Shown: positions 16,249 to 31,516, counted from the first letter of the stretch. The stretch is DNA of 64,000 nt from the human T2T-CHM13v2.0 reference genome, Homo sapiens (GCF_009914755.1 NC_060932.1), one strand, 5' to 3'. The notes: generated by a model from the letters alone, not told the origin. Numbers and translations: made by a program.

Positions 16249-16805
16249 ACTGAGCTCTAATTGGGCTGCAGAACACGCCTACCAAATTGAAAGACTTTCC
16301 AGTTTTATTAACATTTTTCCTAATGGATATTCCCTCCCTACAATTTCTTAAAGGTATGATCCAGCAACTATCTAATTTTTAAAATAGTTTTAGTATTAAT
16401 TGTTCTTTCTTTCCAGAAGTAAATAATGACTTTACTTCTCCTGGAAGTAAAGTCTCTCCTCTTACTTTAAATTTAAGTAAATAAGTTTAAATTGTCAACA
16501 TTTCCAGCAATGGAGACTTTTATGTTAAAAAGAGAGGCATAAGAGTCCGTCTTTTTGATTGCTCAAAATAAAGTCTAGATTTGGGCATGAATGTTATTTT
16601 AATTTCCAGGTGGAATGTGATTGATTATTCTCAGCCTGTTTAAAAAAGAAATTTTAGGCTTTATTTCTATCATGTAGACAGACCCTAAGTGTTGATTGTA
16701 GAAAATTAGAAAATACATGTAAGCAAACATAATTAATAGATAATCAGAGTCAACAATTATCTTGCTATCCAGTGATGACAATTGTATACAATTCCATGTA
16801 TATCA

Positions 16806-17390
<585 letters not shown>

Positions 17391-18081
17391 TAATATTTAG
17401 TTGTTGGGTTTCTTTTTTACTGAATTAGTTTTAATATTTAAAAAAGTAGTAATAATTTAAGTGACTGGATTTTGATTTTTTTAATGCTTTTTGCTCTTTT
17501 TCTTAGTAGCAGAGAGAATTTCCATTTTTTAGTGGAAATTTACAGAATATGACTATGTGATACTTCCACTTTATGGAGTCTTTAAGTAGGCAGATTAATA
17601 CTTTACAAACAAAAACTACCAGCCTGAGACCTAGCCCCTGACCCTTCCTAGTTCATCTATTGCTGAGCTTCCTGCCCTGCCAAGACTCTCTCTCAGCTCC
17701 CTCCCACCCCACTTTGGCTGTCTCTCACTAGCCCACTGCCTTTCTTATCTCTGGTCCGAAGAATAAGCTGGTTATGCCATCACATGCTTCCCAGTGGGGC
17801 TAGGCTGTCATGCATCACTGCTCACAGCTTTGCCAGTGCAAGTTCAGCCAAGAAGTGATCTAATTCCAGAGTGAGCTGAACCACAAAGTCCCCCAGAGGT
17901 CAGTAACCATGACCAACAGATTCATTTGGGCTGCCAAGTTCTTACTTCTTTGTTTTTTGTTGGGAAGGGGTTTATAGTTTATTATGATTTACAAGTGTCA
18001 TTTTAAAAACATTAGTCCATTTAAACCATGTAGAAATAAGTTTTCGAAAAGTCTGAAAAACAAAACATATTTTAAACATGT

Positions 18082-18383
18082 TTTTTGTTTTTGTTTTTTT
18101 TTTGAGACGGAGTCTCACTGTCGCCCAGGCTGCAGTACAATGGTGCGATCTTGGCTCACTGCAACCTCCGCCTCCTGGGTTCAAGCAATTCTCCTGCCTC
18201 AGCGCCCCAGGTAGCTAGGATTACAAGCGTCTGCCACCAAGCCCAGCTAATTTTTGTATTCTTAGTAGGGACAGGGTTTCACCATGCTGGTCAGGCTGGT
18301 CTCGAACTCTTGACCTCAGGTGATCCACTTGCCTTGGCCTCCCAAAATGCTGGGATTACAGGCATGAGCCACCACGCCTGGCC
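18082..18383 (-). mobile_element. AluS inserted in the pseudogene 3'UTR
   Basis: Alu consensus. TSD TAAACATGTTT at 18073 and 18385. Confidence 0.95.
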
Positions 18384-18450
18384 ATAAACATGTTTAAGTA
18401 GATAGATTATCTGAAATTCCAGATTGTTCAGTCATTTCATTGTTGTGCTA

Positions 18451-18567
<117 letters not shown>

Positions 18568-18578
18568 TTAAGATGGCT

Positions 18579-19171
18579 GTATTGAAAAAAAGAATCAAAC
18601 TGTAAAATAGTAAAATATTTGAAGAGATTTATTCTGAGCCAAATATGAGTGACCAGGACCCATGACACAGCCCTAGGAGGTCCTGAGAACATGTGCCCAT
18701 GGTGCAGCTTGGTTTTATACCTTTTAGGAAGACATGAGACTTCAGTCAAATACATTTAAGAAATACATTGGTTTGGTCCAGAAAGGCAGGACAACTTGAA
18801 GGTTGGGGTGATGGACTTCCAGTTATAGGTAGATTTAAAATTTCCTGGTTGACAATTGGTTGAGTTTATCTAAAGACCTAGGATCAATAGAAACGAAGTG
18901 TCTGGGTTGTAGAAGAGGTTGTGGAGACCAAAGTTTTATCATGCAGATGAAGCCTCCAGGTAGTAGGCTTCAGAGAGAATAGACTCTAAATGCTTCTTAT
19001 CAAACTTAGGGTCTGTATTGATGTTAATGCCACAGAGGTATAATGAGGCCTGTCCGACCCCGACTTTCCATCATGGCATGAAGCAGTCTTTCAGGTTAGG
19101 AGTGCCCTAACAGAGGAAGAAGTCCATTTAGATGGTTGGGGGGGGCCTCAAAATTTTATTTTTGGTTTACA
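18579..19171 (-). mobile_element. MER4-family solo LTR (ERV1)
   Basis: Minus strand begins TGTAAACCAAAAATAAAATTTTGAGGCCCCCC. Contains gagatttattctgagccaaatatgagtgacc. 4-bp TSD GCTG/GCTA. Confidence 0.85.
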
Positions 19172-19425
19172 GCTATATGAATGCATCTTCAAGTTCCAGA
19201 TTTTCATTATATCTTTTCTCAGCATTTTCCCATTCACATAGTTCTTTGCTGTGGTTTTCCAGCAAAGTAAGCTCTGGATGGATCTGACTGAAATAAACAT
19301 GGTCATCCCTCATTCCAACCACAGATAAATCAACTCCAAATGGACAAACACCACTTGAGTGAGTGTATTCTTGGGTTACAGAAACTACTTTCCGTACCAG
19401 CCAAGCTATGGAAATGGGTTCTTGG

Positions 19426-21653
19426 TGATGTAGGATTTTTCTTCTTGGTCACTTTGCAGGCCAGGGGATCCTCAGCTTGTGACACCCCTCCCAGCCCTCA
19501 CTCGGCCACAATGGCGTGCCCCAGCTTGCGTGTGTTATAGCTTGTACCTGTGTTCAGCAGTTCTCGAGGTCTTGTACTGCGCCCAAGAAGAATGAGGATA
19601 TGCTGGATATTGAAGGGTGAGGAGGGTGGAAAAGAATTTTATTGAGTGATGGAACAGCTCCCATTGGAGAGGGGATGCGCGGGGTGGTCCACCACCTCAC
19701 AGTTAGGTGGTTCTCTCCTCCCTGCGTGGCTGGGTCCAGGGCTTTTTATGGGCTCAGAATAGGAGTGGGGCACACTGTAGGTAGTATTGGAAAAGGGAAC
19801 ATTCAATTGGTTAAAAGGCATTATTCAGAAATAATCAATTGGGAAGGGCAGGCAAACAGGAACAAAAGTTCTCACTCAGTCTCAGGTTTAATCCAGGGCC
19901 AGCAGTCTGGTCTTTCAGCCTTCAGGCTGTTTTTGGCTTGAAGGTGAGATTTTACTGGGGTTTGTATCCCCAGGTCCTGGCGCCCTCAGCAGGGTGCCAC
20001 CCATTGGTGCCAATGCAGCTTTTACCCATGTTAACAGGGATGCCTAGTGGGTAGGAATTATCGCATTCACTTACACGTTGTCCTGTCCTCCCTCCTCTTG
20101 GTAACCTCATCTATTCCATGGATGCTAGCATGACCTTTATCCATGAAATGGGTGGGGGGAGCTAACCAGCAGGAATTAGTCATGCTCACCTGCGCTGTGC
20201 CCCTTGACTTCTGTTATCACCTGCCTTTGGATCACTCCGATGTAGTTTTCCTTTCTAGGAATTCAACCTGAAGCTCCAAATTGAGTTTGGGGCAAGAAGG
20301 TGCCTTAGGAGGGTTCATGGATGCATTAAATTAAGTCCTATGTGGCCCTCACCAGACTGCAGCCAGCAGCCAGTGGGGCTGCTCCTTCACTGCTTCCTTA
20401 TCATAAACCCAATGCTAAGGTAACGCGTGGAACCGGGTCTTCCTCAAACAAGGGAGTGAAAGGGAGAATTGGGGTCCTGGCCTAGTAAGATGCCTTTCAA
20501 AAGGAAAAAAATCCTCTAGCATAGAAAAAGCTCCCTGTATTTGCAGGACTGTGTTAACTCCTGACATGGTGGAGAAAAGAAAAAAACAGCTTAAGTGCAG
20601 GGTGGGGAAGGTGCCTGGGGGAAAAAGCCTCTTGATCTATGCAATTGGGTTCCTCCAAAAGGGAGAGAAATTCTTAATCTGTGCTTCCTTTTTGCCTCTA
20701 AGAATAGACAGAAACTGCATTGTTCTGAATTGCATATCTGATGGCTGGGCCAAATGCTCTTTCCACCTAGTAATATTTCTGTAGTTTGCAACAACACCCT
20801 TAACATTGTAAGGGAGATAATGCCATGACATCTGTGAAAAAAAAAGAAGGAAAATGCTATAGGAAAAACTGGATTGGAATGAGGCTGACATTCCCAACCC
20901 CAGAGATGATGGAGGTGGGGATGTCGAGGTCCTTTCCAGCATCCTGTCCTCTTAGTTGCGCCATTGCTCTTAATTGGCTCACCAGAGGTTTGGTGCTTCA
21001 TCTGCCTTCAGAAAAGAGTCTGAGGACAAGAAGCCTCGGAAAAAAGTGAAGTGTCTACGTCCGCATTTACTCACCCTTCAGGTATCCTGGGTTATTCCCC
21101 AAAATGATGTAGGATTTTTCTTTTCAGTCAGTTTGCAAGCCAGGGACCCCCAGTTGGTGATGCCCCACCCGGTCCTTGCTCGACCATGCTGGCATGCCCC
21201 AGCTCACCTGTGTTATAGTTTGTACCTGCGTTTGGCGGTTCCTGAGCTCTTGTACTGTGCCCAAGGAGAGGGGAGAATAATTATATTGAGCAACTGAACA
21301 GCTCTCAGTGGAGAGGAGACACGGCGGGTGGCCCCCAGCCCTGCAGTCGGGCGGTTCTCTCCTCCCCACATGGCCAGGTCCAATGCCTTTATGAGTTCAG
21401 AATAGGGGTGGGGCAGGCCATAGGTAGTATTGGAAAAGGCAACATTTGATTGGTTAAAAGGCATTATTCAGAAAGAATCGATTGGGAAAGGGCAGGCAAA
21501 CAAGAACAGAAGTTTTCACTCTGAGTTGTGGGTTTCATCTGGGACCAGCAGTCTGGTCTGTCAACCTTTAGGCTGTTTTTGGTTTAAAGGTGGGGTTTCA
21601 CTGGGGACCCGCCCCTATCTGCCTAGGCATTTGGCTGCTTCCTGTCGTTATCA
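19426..21653 (-). mobile_element. Internally deleted ERV1 provirus (LTR27/LTR28/MER52-group LTRs)
   Basis: Two homologous LTRs (19426-~19960, truncated, and 21105-21653), TG...CA termini, TSD TTGG (19422, 21654). Degenerate tRNA-Pro PBS TGGGGAATAACCCAGGAT next to the 5' LTR. About 1.1 kb of internal leader, with no recognisable pol or env. Confidence 0.85.
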
Positions 21654-22741
21654 TTGGTACGGAGATATTACAGTATTGCTGAGCTGTTTTTGAATTCCAT
21701 GCACAAGCACTCTGATCTGGATCCGCACCACCGTGCACCAAACCGCTACGCTTGGTAATGGGTTCTACTTTGTGTGCACTTTGCTCATCATACAGAATGG
21801 ATTTCTGTGTCTTCTCAGTGCTAATACCACACCATTTGCAGCTGTAATTCCCACTGAAGGGGCTCCTCCCACTACAGCAGCTAAAGCATATTCAGTGTGG
21901 ACAAGTGTACCAGATGGGCTGAGTGTAGTCAGCAAGAAGCTGTACCTGTGCTCTGCCATCTTTACCTGGAGAGCCAAAGCACATCCCCTCACTTTTCTTC
22001 TCTGGCTCCCAACCTGACTTTAACTGTGTTTTCCCTCCGTGCCTCTGTGCAAAATACCAAACACAAGTACTGGAGATCCAATTCCAGAATGGCAGTGTGA
22101 GAAGTTTCTCGGACCTGCTTCCCAGTGAAACATCAGTAATTGGTGAAAATTATTAGGAGAAAAACCCCAACACTTAGAGTCACTGGAGATTGTCCAGAGA
22201 ACATACAGCAAATGAATAAATATTTATTCAAGTAAATCTACTAAATTTTGGACAGTGAGAGTCTGCGACACTTGATCTGCTCCCTGCCTCCCGCTACCCT
22301 CAAACTCCATGTGATGGAAGATCCACTGCAGGTTGGGTGGCCAAGAATATGGAGACCCAGCTCCCAGTCTCTCCCAGAGTTCAGGCTGCCAGCATTTCTC
22401 TCATCCCCTTCTCCATGTGGCAGAGGCTAAATTCTCAGTGAGTACAGCCAAAGAGGTGGGGACTCCTGTCCTTCACTCAGCTCTCTACTGCTACCCTAGA
22501 CATGACAGGTTGAAAACACTAGGCCCCAGTTGCTTTTGCCCCGGCTTGCTTTTAGGGCAGATGTTGCTCACTGGAAGAACCAAGCCAAGAAAACTAGATG
22601 CTACTGCTCCTGTCCAGCATGCTGCTCATAAAACAAGGGTGTCATTTTGAAAGAAGTGTGCCACTGTCCCCACCCCCAGCTCCGGAGCAATGGTACAGAG
22701 GTTTTGCCCAGGGAGAGCAGGCCATAAGAAGAGAGAGCTCT

Positions 22742-23039
22742 GGCTGGGCACGATGGCTTATGCCAGCACTCCTAGCACTTTGGGAGGCTGAAGCAGGCAG
22801 ATTGCTTGACCTTAGGAGTTCAAGCCCAGCCTGGGCAACATGGCAAAACCCTGCCTCTACAAAAAATACAAAAAAAATAGCTGGGTGTGTGGTGCATGCC
22901 TGTAGTCTCAGCTACTTGAGGAGCTGAGGTGGGAGGATTGCTTGAGCCCAGGAGGTCAAGGCTGAAGTGAGCTGCAATCACACCACTGCACCCCATCCTA
23001 GGTGACAAAGTGAGACCTTGACTCTAAATAAATAAATAA
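22742..23039 (+). mobile_element. AluJ
   Basis: AluJ diagnostics ggattgcttgagcccaggaggtcaaggctg. Confidence 0.9.
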
Positions 23040-23960
23040 GAGAGAGAGAGAGCATGAGCTCTGAGCTATCTTTAAATAAATTGACTTTATCTTAAGCAAA
23101 ATGTGAGGAAGTTGATGCCTGAGGGCTCTCTGGAAAACAATGGAAGTTAAGGTGATAAGCAATTAAGAGGAGGCTGGTAGCCCCAGGGGAGCTATGAGCT
23201 AACACAGGTCAGCTGATTTACCAAAGAGACAAGGGGAGGGGTAGGGGAGAAAGCTAAGAAGATCCTTCCTGGGGTTGGAACAAACCTCAAAGACTAGCCT
23301 CAAAAACCACTCCTGCAAATAGGCCCAGATTTAATTGGATCCAACGGTAATTTATGCTGCAGGACATCCAGGACATTATCAAAAACAATAGAGCAATCAA
23401 CATGCAATTAGTGGAGCCTAACAGCTGGATGTGATACCAACAGAGGCAGACAGCTTAACAGAGAGATCAGGGAAAGACGCAAAGAAAGCCCTGCTAAAAT
23501 CACTGTCACTTCTGGGTGACTGTGCAAATGTCCAAGATCATGTCCTCTGAAGATCAACTTCAGAGGCTTCACTGTGGAGAAAATAGACTTTCCTGAAATA
23601 GCCCTGACATGTCACTAAAAAATAAGAAAACAACAAAAAGTAGCTCTATAGGTTTGTAGGGAAGAATCAGTATATAGCATTCTTAAAATATATTATTCAA
23701 TTGTCTAGTTTTCAACAAAAAAAGGCAAGATATGCAAAGAATCAGGAAACTGTGACTCACACACAGAGGGGAAAAAAAGCAGACAACCAAAACTGCCTGT
23801 CAGAAGGCCCATATGTCAGACTTGACAAAGACTTCAAACTAGTTATAATAAATATGTTCAAAGAACTAAAGGAAACTATGCTTAAAGAAGTAAAGAATAA
23901 TATGATGACAATCTCATCAAATAGAGACTAGCAATAAAGATATATATGTCAACCAATAAT

Positions 23961-24249
23961 TTGGTTGTTACACATTTTAACTCAAGAATTTTCATTTGGT
24001 TCTTTACATGCATATGTGTATATATATATATATACATATACATACATACACACACATACACATATATATTTATTTAAATACATAAATTTATATTACACAT
24101 AGTGCAGCATATGCAAAGATGTATATATGTAATATCAGTTTATGTATTTACATAAATGTGTATATATGTACATATACATATATGTATGTATGTTTATATG
24201 TAAATAATGAACCAAATCAAAATTCTAGAGTTGAAATGTAAAACACCAA
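23961..24249. repeat. Imperfect ~290-bp AT-rich palindrome containing (TA)n/(CATA)n microsatellites
   Basis: 23961-24002 is the reverse complement of 24209-24249. The inner arms are also mutually complementary around ~24110. Confidence 0.8.
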
Positions 24250-25130
24250 GGTGAAAAATTTACTAGAGGGCCTCAAGAGTAGATTTGGCAGAACAAAGAA
24301 TCAGCAAACTTGAAGATAGATCAATAGAGATAAGGCAGCCTGAAGAGTGGAGAAGGAAAAAAAAAGAAAATAATGAATATGAACAGATTATTAGAGAAAT
24401 GTTGGACATCATTAAATGCACCAAAATATGCATGACTGGAGTACCAGAATAAGAGGAGAGAGAGAAAAAGTAACAGAAAAAACACATTTAAAAAACTTGT
24501 GGCTTAAAAGTTCCCAAATTTGATGTAAAACATTAATCTTGAAAAACAACCTGGTGAGAGAATAACACATTTGGAGGACTCACATCCCTATTTCAAAACT
24601 TAATACAAAGCTATAGTAATCAAGACTGTGTGATACTGGCATATGGATAGACATACAGATCAATAGAATTTAAATGAGAGTCCAGAAATAAACTTTCATA
24701 TTTATAGTCAATTGATTTCTAGCAAGGGTGCCAAGACAATTCAGTTGGGGGAAAGGCAGTCTTTTCAACAAATCGTGCTAGTACAACTGTAAAGCCTCAT
24801 GCAATACAATGAAGTTGGATCCTTTCTTACTTCATACACAGAAATGGACTCAGTATGAATCATGGAGCTAAATGTGAAAGATAAAACTATAAAATTCTTA
24901 GGAGAAAATATAGGAGTAAATCTTTGTGACCTTGCATTATGCTAAGCCCTCTTAGATTGATGCCAGAAGTACAAGTGACAAAGTAAATGATAAATTGGAC
25001 TTCATCAATATTAAAATTTTGGGCTTCAATGGACATCATTAGATTGGATAAAATATTTCTAATTTGACATCCACAGAATTGATATTTATAAATCATATAT
25101 ATGGTAAATGACTTGTATTTATTAGATATC

Positions 25131-25411
25131 GACAGAGTCTCTCTTGGTCACCCAGGCTGGAGTACAGTGGCACGATCATAACTCACTGCAGCCTCTACTC
25201 CTGGGTTCAAGTGATCCTCTTGCCTCAGCCTCCCGAGTAGCTGGGACTACAGGCACACACCACCATGACTAGCTAACTTAAAAAAAATTTTTGTACAGAC
25301 AGGGTCTCCCTGTGTTGCCCAGGCTGGTCTTGAACTCCTGTTCTCAAGTGATCTTTCTGCCTCAGCCTCCCAAAACACTGGGATTACAGGTATGAGCCAC
25401 TGAGCCTGGCC
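25131..25411 (-). mobile_element. AluJ
   Basis: Alu consensus with J-type gatcctcttgcctcagcc and gggtctccctgtgttgcc. Confidence 0.9.
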
Positions 25412-27307
25412 AATGATTTTTTTTGAATTATGTCTTTCTCTCAATGCTGCTGATATGACAGGAGCAACATTAATTAGTTTCCTTGTACTCTCTTCTTGAC
25501 ACATGTAAAGACTCATCTATCCCATGAAGCTTTTTTTTTCTTTTCAAGCAGTGCTATGTTACATTAGAATATCTTCTTGCAGAGAGGTTACAAGATCCTG
25601 TATTATTGTTTGATACTTTTTATGTATTGAATTTGATGATATTAATGTCTGCATATCAACTACAGCACTTTTTATTATTATTATTATACTTTAAGTTCTG
25701 GGATACATGTGCAGAATGTTCAGGTTTGTTACATAGGTATACATGTACCATGGTGGTTTGCTGCACCCATCAATCTGTCATCTACAATAGGTATTTCTCC
25801 TAATGCTATCCCTCCCCTAGCCCCCAACCTCCTGACAGGCCCTGGTGTGTGATGTTCCCCTCCCTGTGTCCATGTGTTCTCATTGTTTAACTTCCACTTA
25901 TGAGTGACAGCATGCGGTGTTTGGTTTTCAGTTTCTGTGTTAGTTTGATGAGAATGATGGTTTGCAGCTTCATCCATGTCCCTGCAAAGGACATGAACTC
26001 ATTCTTTTTTATGGCTACATACTATTCCATGGTGTATACATGCCACATTTTCTTTATCCGGTCTATTATTGATGGGCATTTAGGTTGGTTCCAAGTCTTT
26101 GCTATTGTGAATAGGGCTGCAATAAATACACATGTACATGTGTCTTTATAGTTGAATGATTTATAATCCTTTGGGTATATACCCAGTAATGGGATTTCTG
26201 AGTCGAATGGTATTTCTGATCCAGTAATGGGATTGCTTAGTCGAATGGTATTTCTGATTCTGGATCCTTGAGAAATCGCCACACTGTCTTCCACAATGGT
26301 TGAACTAATTTACACTCCCACCAACAGTGTAAAAGCGTTCCTATTACTCCACATCCTCTCCAGCATCTGTTGTTTCCTGACTTTTTAATGATCGCCGTTC
26401 TAACTGGCGTGAGATGGTATCTCATTGTGGTTTTGATTTGCATTTCTCTAATGACCAGTGGTGAGGAGCTTTTTTTCATATGTTTGTTGGCTGCATAAAT
26501 GTCTTCTTTTGAGAAGTTCCTGTTCATATCCTTCACCCACCTTTTGATGGAGTTTTTTTTTTTTCTTGTAAATTTGTTTAAGTTCCTTGTAGTTTCTGGA
26601 TATTAGCCCTTTGTCAGATGGATAGACTGCAAAAATTTTCTCTCAATCTGTAGGTTGACTGTTTACTCTGATGATAGTTTATTTGCTGTGCAGAAGCTCT
26701 TTAGTTTAATTAGATCCCATTTGTCAATTTTGGCTTTTGCTGCAATTGCTTTTGGTGTTTTAGTCATAAAGTCTTTGCCCATGCCTATGTCCTGAATGGT
26801 ATTGCCCAGGTTTTCTTCTAGGGTTTTAATGGTTTTAGGTCTTATGTTTAACTCTTTAATTCATCTTGAATTAATTTTTGTATAAAGTGTAAGGAAGGGG
26901 TCCAGCTTTAGTTTTCTGCATATGGTTAGCCAATTTTCCCAAAACCATTTATTAAATAGGGAATCCTTTCCCTGTTGCTTGTTTTTGTAAGGTTTGTCAA
27001 AAATTAGATGGTTGTAGATGTGTGGTGTTATTTCTGAGGCCTCTGTTCTGTTCCATTGGTTTATATATCTGTTTTGGTACCAGTACCATGCTGTTTTGGT
27101 TACTGTAGACTTGTTGTGTAGTTTGAAGTCAGGTAGCGTGACTCCAAAGTCAAAAGACAAAAGCCTCCAGCTTTGGTCTTTTTGCTTAGGATTGTCTTGG
27201 CAATGTGGGCTCTTTTTTCGTTTCATATGAAATTTACAGTATTTTTTCTAATTCTGTGAAGAAAGTCAATGGTAGCTTGATGAAAATAGCAATGAATCTA
27301 TAAATTA

Positions 27308-27610
<303 letters not shown>

Positions 27611-28752
27611 TTACTTGGGGCAATATGGCCATTTTCACAATATTGATTCTTTCTACCTATGAGCATGGTATGTTTTTCCATTTGTTTGTGTCCTCTCTTA
27701 TTTCCTTGAGCAGTGGTTTGTAGTTCTCCTGGAAGAGGTCCTTCATGTCCCTTGTATGTTGTATTCCTAGGTAATTTATTCTCTTTGTAGCAATTGTGAA
27801 TGGGAATTCACTCAGGATTTGGCTCTCTGTTTGTCTGTTGTTGGTGTACAGGAACGTTGTGATTTTTGCACATTGATTTTGTATCCTGAGACTTTACTGA
27901 AGTAGCTTATCAGCTTAAGGAGATTTGGGGCTGAGACGATGGGGTTTTCTAAATATACAATCATGTCATCTACAAACAGAGACAATTTGACTTCCTCTCT
28001 TCCTATTTGAATACGCTTTATTTATTTCTATTGCCTGATTGCCCTGGACAGAACTTCCAATACTATTTTGAACTGGAGTGGTGAGAGAGGGCATCCTTGT
28101 CTTGTGGTGGTTTTCAAAGGGAATGCTTCCAGCTTTTGCCCATTCAATGTGATATTGGCTGTGGGTTTGTCATAAATAGCTCTTATTATTTTGAGATATG
28201 TTCCATCAATACCTAGTTTATTGAATGTTTTTAGCATGAAGGGATGTTGAATTTTTTTGAAGGCCTTTTCTGTATCTATTGAGATAATCATGAGGTTTTT
28301 GTCATTGGTTCTGTTTATGTGATGGATTACATTTATTGATTTGCATATGTTGAACCAGCCTTGCATCCCAGGGATGAAGCTGACTTGATCGTGGTGGATA
28401 AGCTTTTTGATGTGCTATTGGATTCAGTTTGCCAGTATTTTACGGAGAATTTTCACATCCATGTTCATCAGGGATTTTGGGATGAAATTTTCTTTTTCTG
28501 TTTTGTCTCTGGCAGGTTTTGGTATCAGGATGATGCTGGCCTCATAAAATGAGTTAGGGAGGAGTCCCTCTTTTTCTATTGTTTGGAATAGTTTCAGAAG
28601 GAATGGTACTAGCTCCTCTTTGTACCTCTGGTAGAATTCAGCTATAAATCTGTCTGATCCTGGGCTTTTTTTGGTTGGTAGGCTATTAATTACTGCCTCA
28701 ATTTCAGAACTTTTTATGGGTCTATTCAAGGATTCGAATTCTTCCTGGTTTA

Positions 28753-28854
<102 letters not shown>

Positions 28855-28857
28855 TTA

Positions 28858-28968
<111 letters not shown>

Positions 28969-29035
28969 TTAAAAAAACCAGCTCCTGGATTCACGGATTT
29001 TTTTGAAATCTGTGTCTCTATCTCCTTCAGTTTCA

Positions 29036-29125
<90 letters not shown>

Positions 29126-31178
29126 TTATAATTGTGATGTTAGGGTGTCGATTTTAGATCTTTCCTGCTTTCTCATGTGGGCATTTAGTGCTATGAATTT
29201 CCCTCTTAACACTGTTTTAGCTGTGTTCCAGAGATTCTGCTACATTGTCTCTTTGTTCTCATTGGTTTCAAAGAACTTCTTTACTTCTGCCTTCATTTCA
29301 TTATTTACCCAGTAGTTATTCAGGAGCAGGTTGTTAGTTTCCATGTAGTTGTGCAGTTTTGAATGAGTTTCCTAATCCTGAGTTCTAATTTGATTGCACT
29401 GTGGTCAGAGAGACTGTTAAGATTTCCGTTCTTTTGCATTTGCTGAGGAGTGTTTCACTTCCAATTGTGTGGTCAGTTTTAGAATAAGTACGCTGTGGTG
29501 CTGAGAAGAATGTATATTCTGTTGATTTGGGGTGGAGAGTTCTGTAGATGTCTATTAGGTCCGCTTGGTGCAGAGCTGAGTTCAAGTCCTGAATATCCTT
29601 GTTAATTTTCTGTCTCTTTGATCTGTCTACTCTTGATGGTGGGCTGTTAAAGTCTCCCATTATTATTGTGTGGGAGTCTAAGTCTCTTTGTAGGTCTCTA
29701 AGAACTTGTTTTACGAATCTGGGTGCTCCTGTATTGGGTGCATATATATTTAGGATAGTTAGCTCTTCTTGTTGCATTGATCCTTTTACCATTATGTAAT
29801 GGCCTTCTTTGTCTCTTTGATCTTTGTTGGTTTAAAGTCTGTTTTATCAGAGACTAGCATTGCAACCCCTGCTTTTTTTTTGCTTTCCATTTACTTGGTA
29901 AATATTCCTCCATCCCATTATTTTGAGCCTATGTGTGTCTTTGCACATGAGATGGGTCTCCTGAATACAGCACGCTGACAGGTCTTGACTCTTTATCCAA
30001 TTTGCCAGTCTGTGTCTTTTAATTGGGGCATTTAGCCCATTTACATTTAAGGCTAATATTGTTTTGTATGAATTTGATTCTGTCATTATGATGCTAGCTG
30101 GTTACTTTGCACATTAGTTGATGCAGTTTCTTCATAGTGTTGATGGTCTTTATGTTTTGGTATGTTTTTGCAGTGGCTTCTACCAGTTTTTCCTTTCTGT
30201 ATTTAGTGCTTCCTTCAGGAGCTCTTGTAAGGCAGGCTTGGTGATGACAAAATCCCTCAGCATTTGCTTGTCCGTAAAGGATTTTATTTCTCCTTCACTT
30301 ATGAAGCTTAGTTTGGCTGGATATGAAAATCTGGGTTGAAAATTATTTTCTTTAAGAATGTTGAATATTGGCCCTCACTGTCTTCTGGCTTGTAGGGTTT
30401 CTGCAGAAAGATCCACTGTTAGTCTGACGGACTTCCCTTTGTGGGTAACCTGACCTTTCTCTCTGGCTGCCCTTAACATTTTTCCCTTCATTTCAACCTT
30501 GGTGAATCTGATGATTATGTGTCTTGGGGTTGATCTTGTTGAGGAGTATCTTAGTGGTGTTCTCTGTATTTTCTGAATTTGAATGTTGGCCTGTCTTGCT
30601 AGGTTGGAGAAGTTCTCCTGGATAATATCCTGAAGCGTGTTTTCCAGCTTGGTTCCATTCTCCCTATCACTTTCAGGCACACCAATCAATCATAGGTTTG
30701 GTCTTTTCACATAGTCCCATATTTCTTGGAGAAGTTCATTCCTTTTCATTTTTTTTCCTCTAATGTTGTCTTCATGCTTTATTTTATCAAGTTGATCTCA
30801 AGCTCTGATATCTTTTCTTCTGCTTGATTGATTTGGCTATTGATACTTGTGTATGCTTCACAAAGTTCTCGTGTTGTGTTTTTCAGCTCCTTCAGGTTAT
30901 TTATGTTTTTCTCTAAACTGATTATTCTAGTTAGCAGTTCCTGTAACCTTTCATCAAAATTCTTAGCTTCCTTGCATTCGGTTAGAATATGCTCCTTTAG
31001 CTCAGAGGAGTTTGTTATTACCCACTTTCTGAAGCCTATTTCTGTGAGTTTGTCAAACTCATTCTCTGTCCAATTTTGTTCCCTTGCTGGCGAGGTGTTG
31101 TGATCCTTTGGAGGAGAAGAGGTATTCTGGTTTTTGGAATTTTCAGGATTTTTGTGCTAGTTTTTCCTCGTGTTCGCA

Positions 31179-31516
<338 letters not shown>

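Larger units (their letters stand above)
22065..25120 (+). mobile_element. Old L1M element: 5' region, ORF1 remnant, and ORF2 3' remnant after a large deletion
   Basis: ORF1-like DKDFKLVIINMFKELKETMLKEVK. ORF2-like caaagctatagtaatcaagactgtgtgatactggc and gcaagggtgccaagacaattca. Confidence 0.75.
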
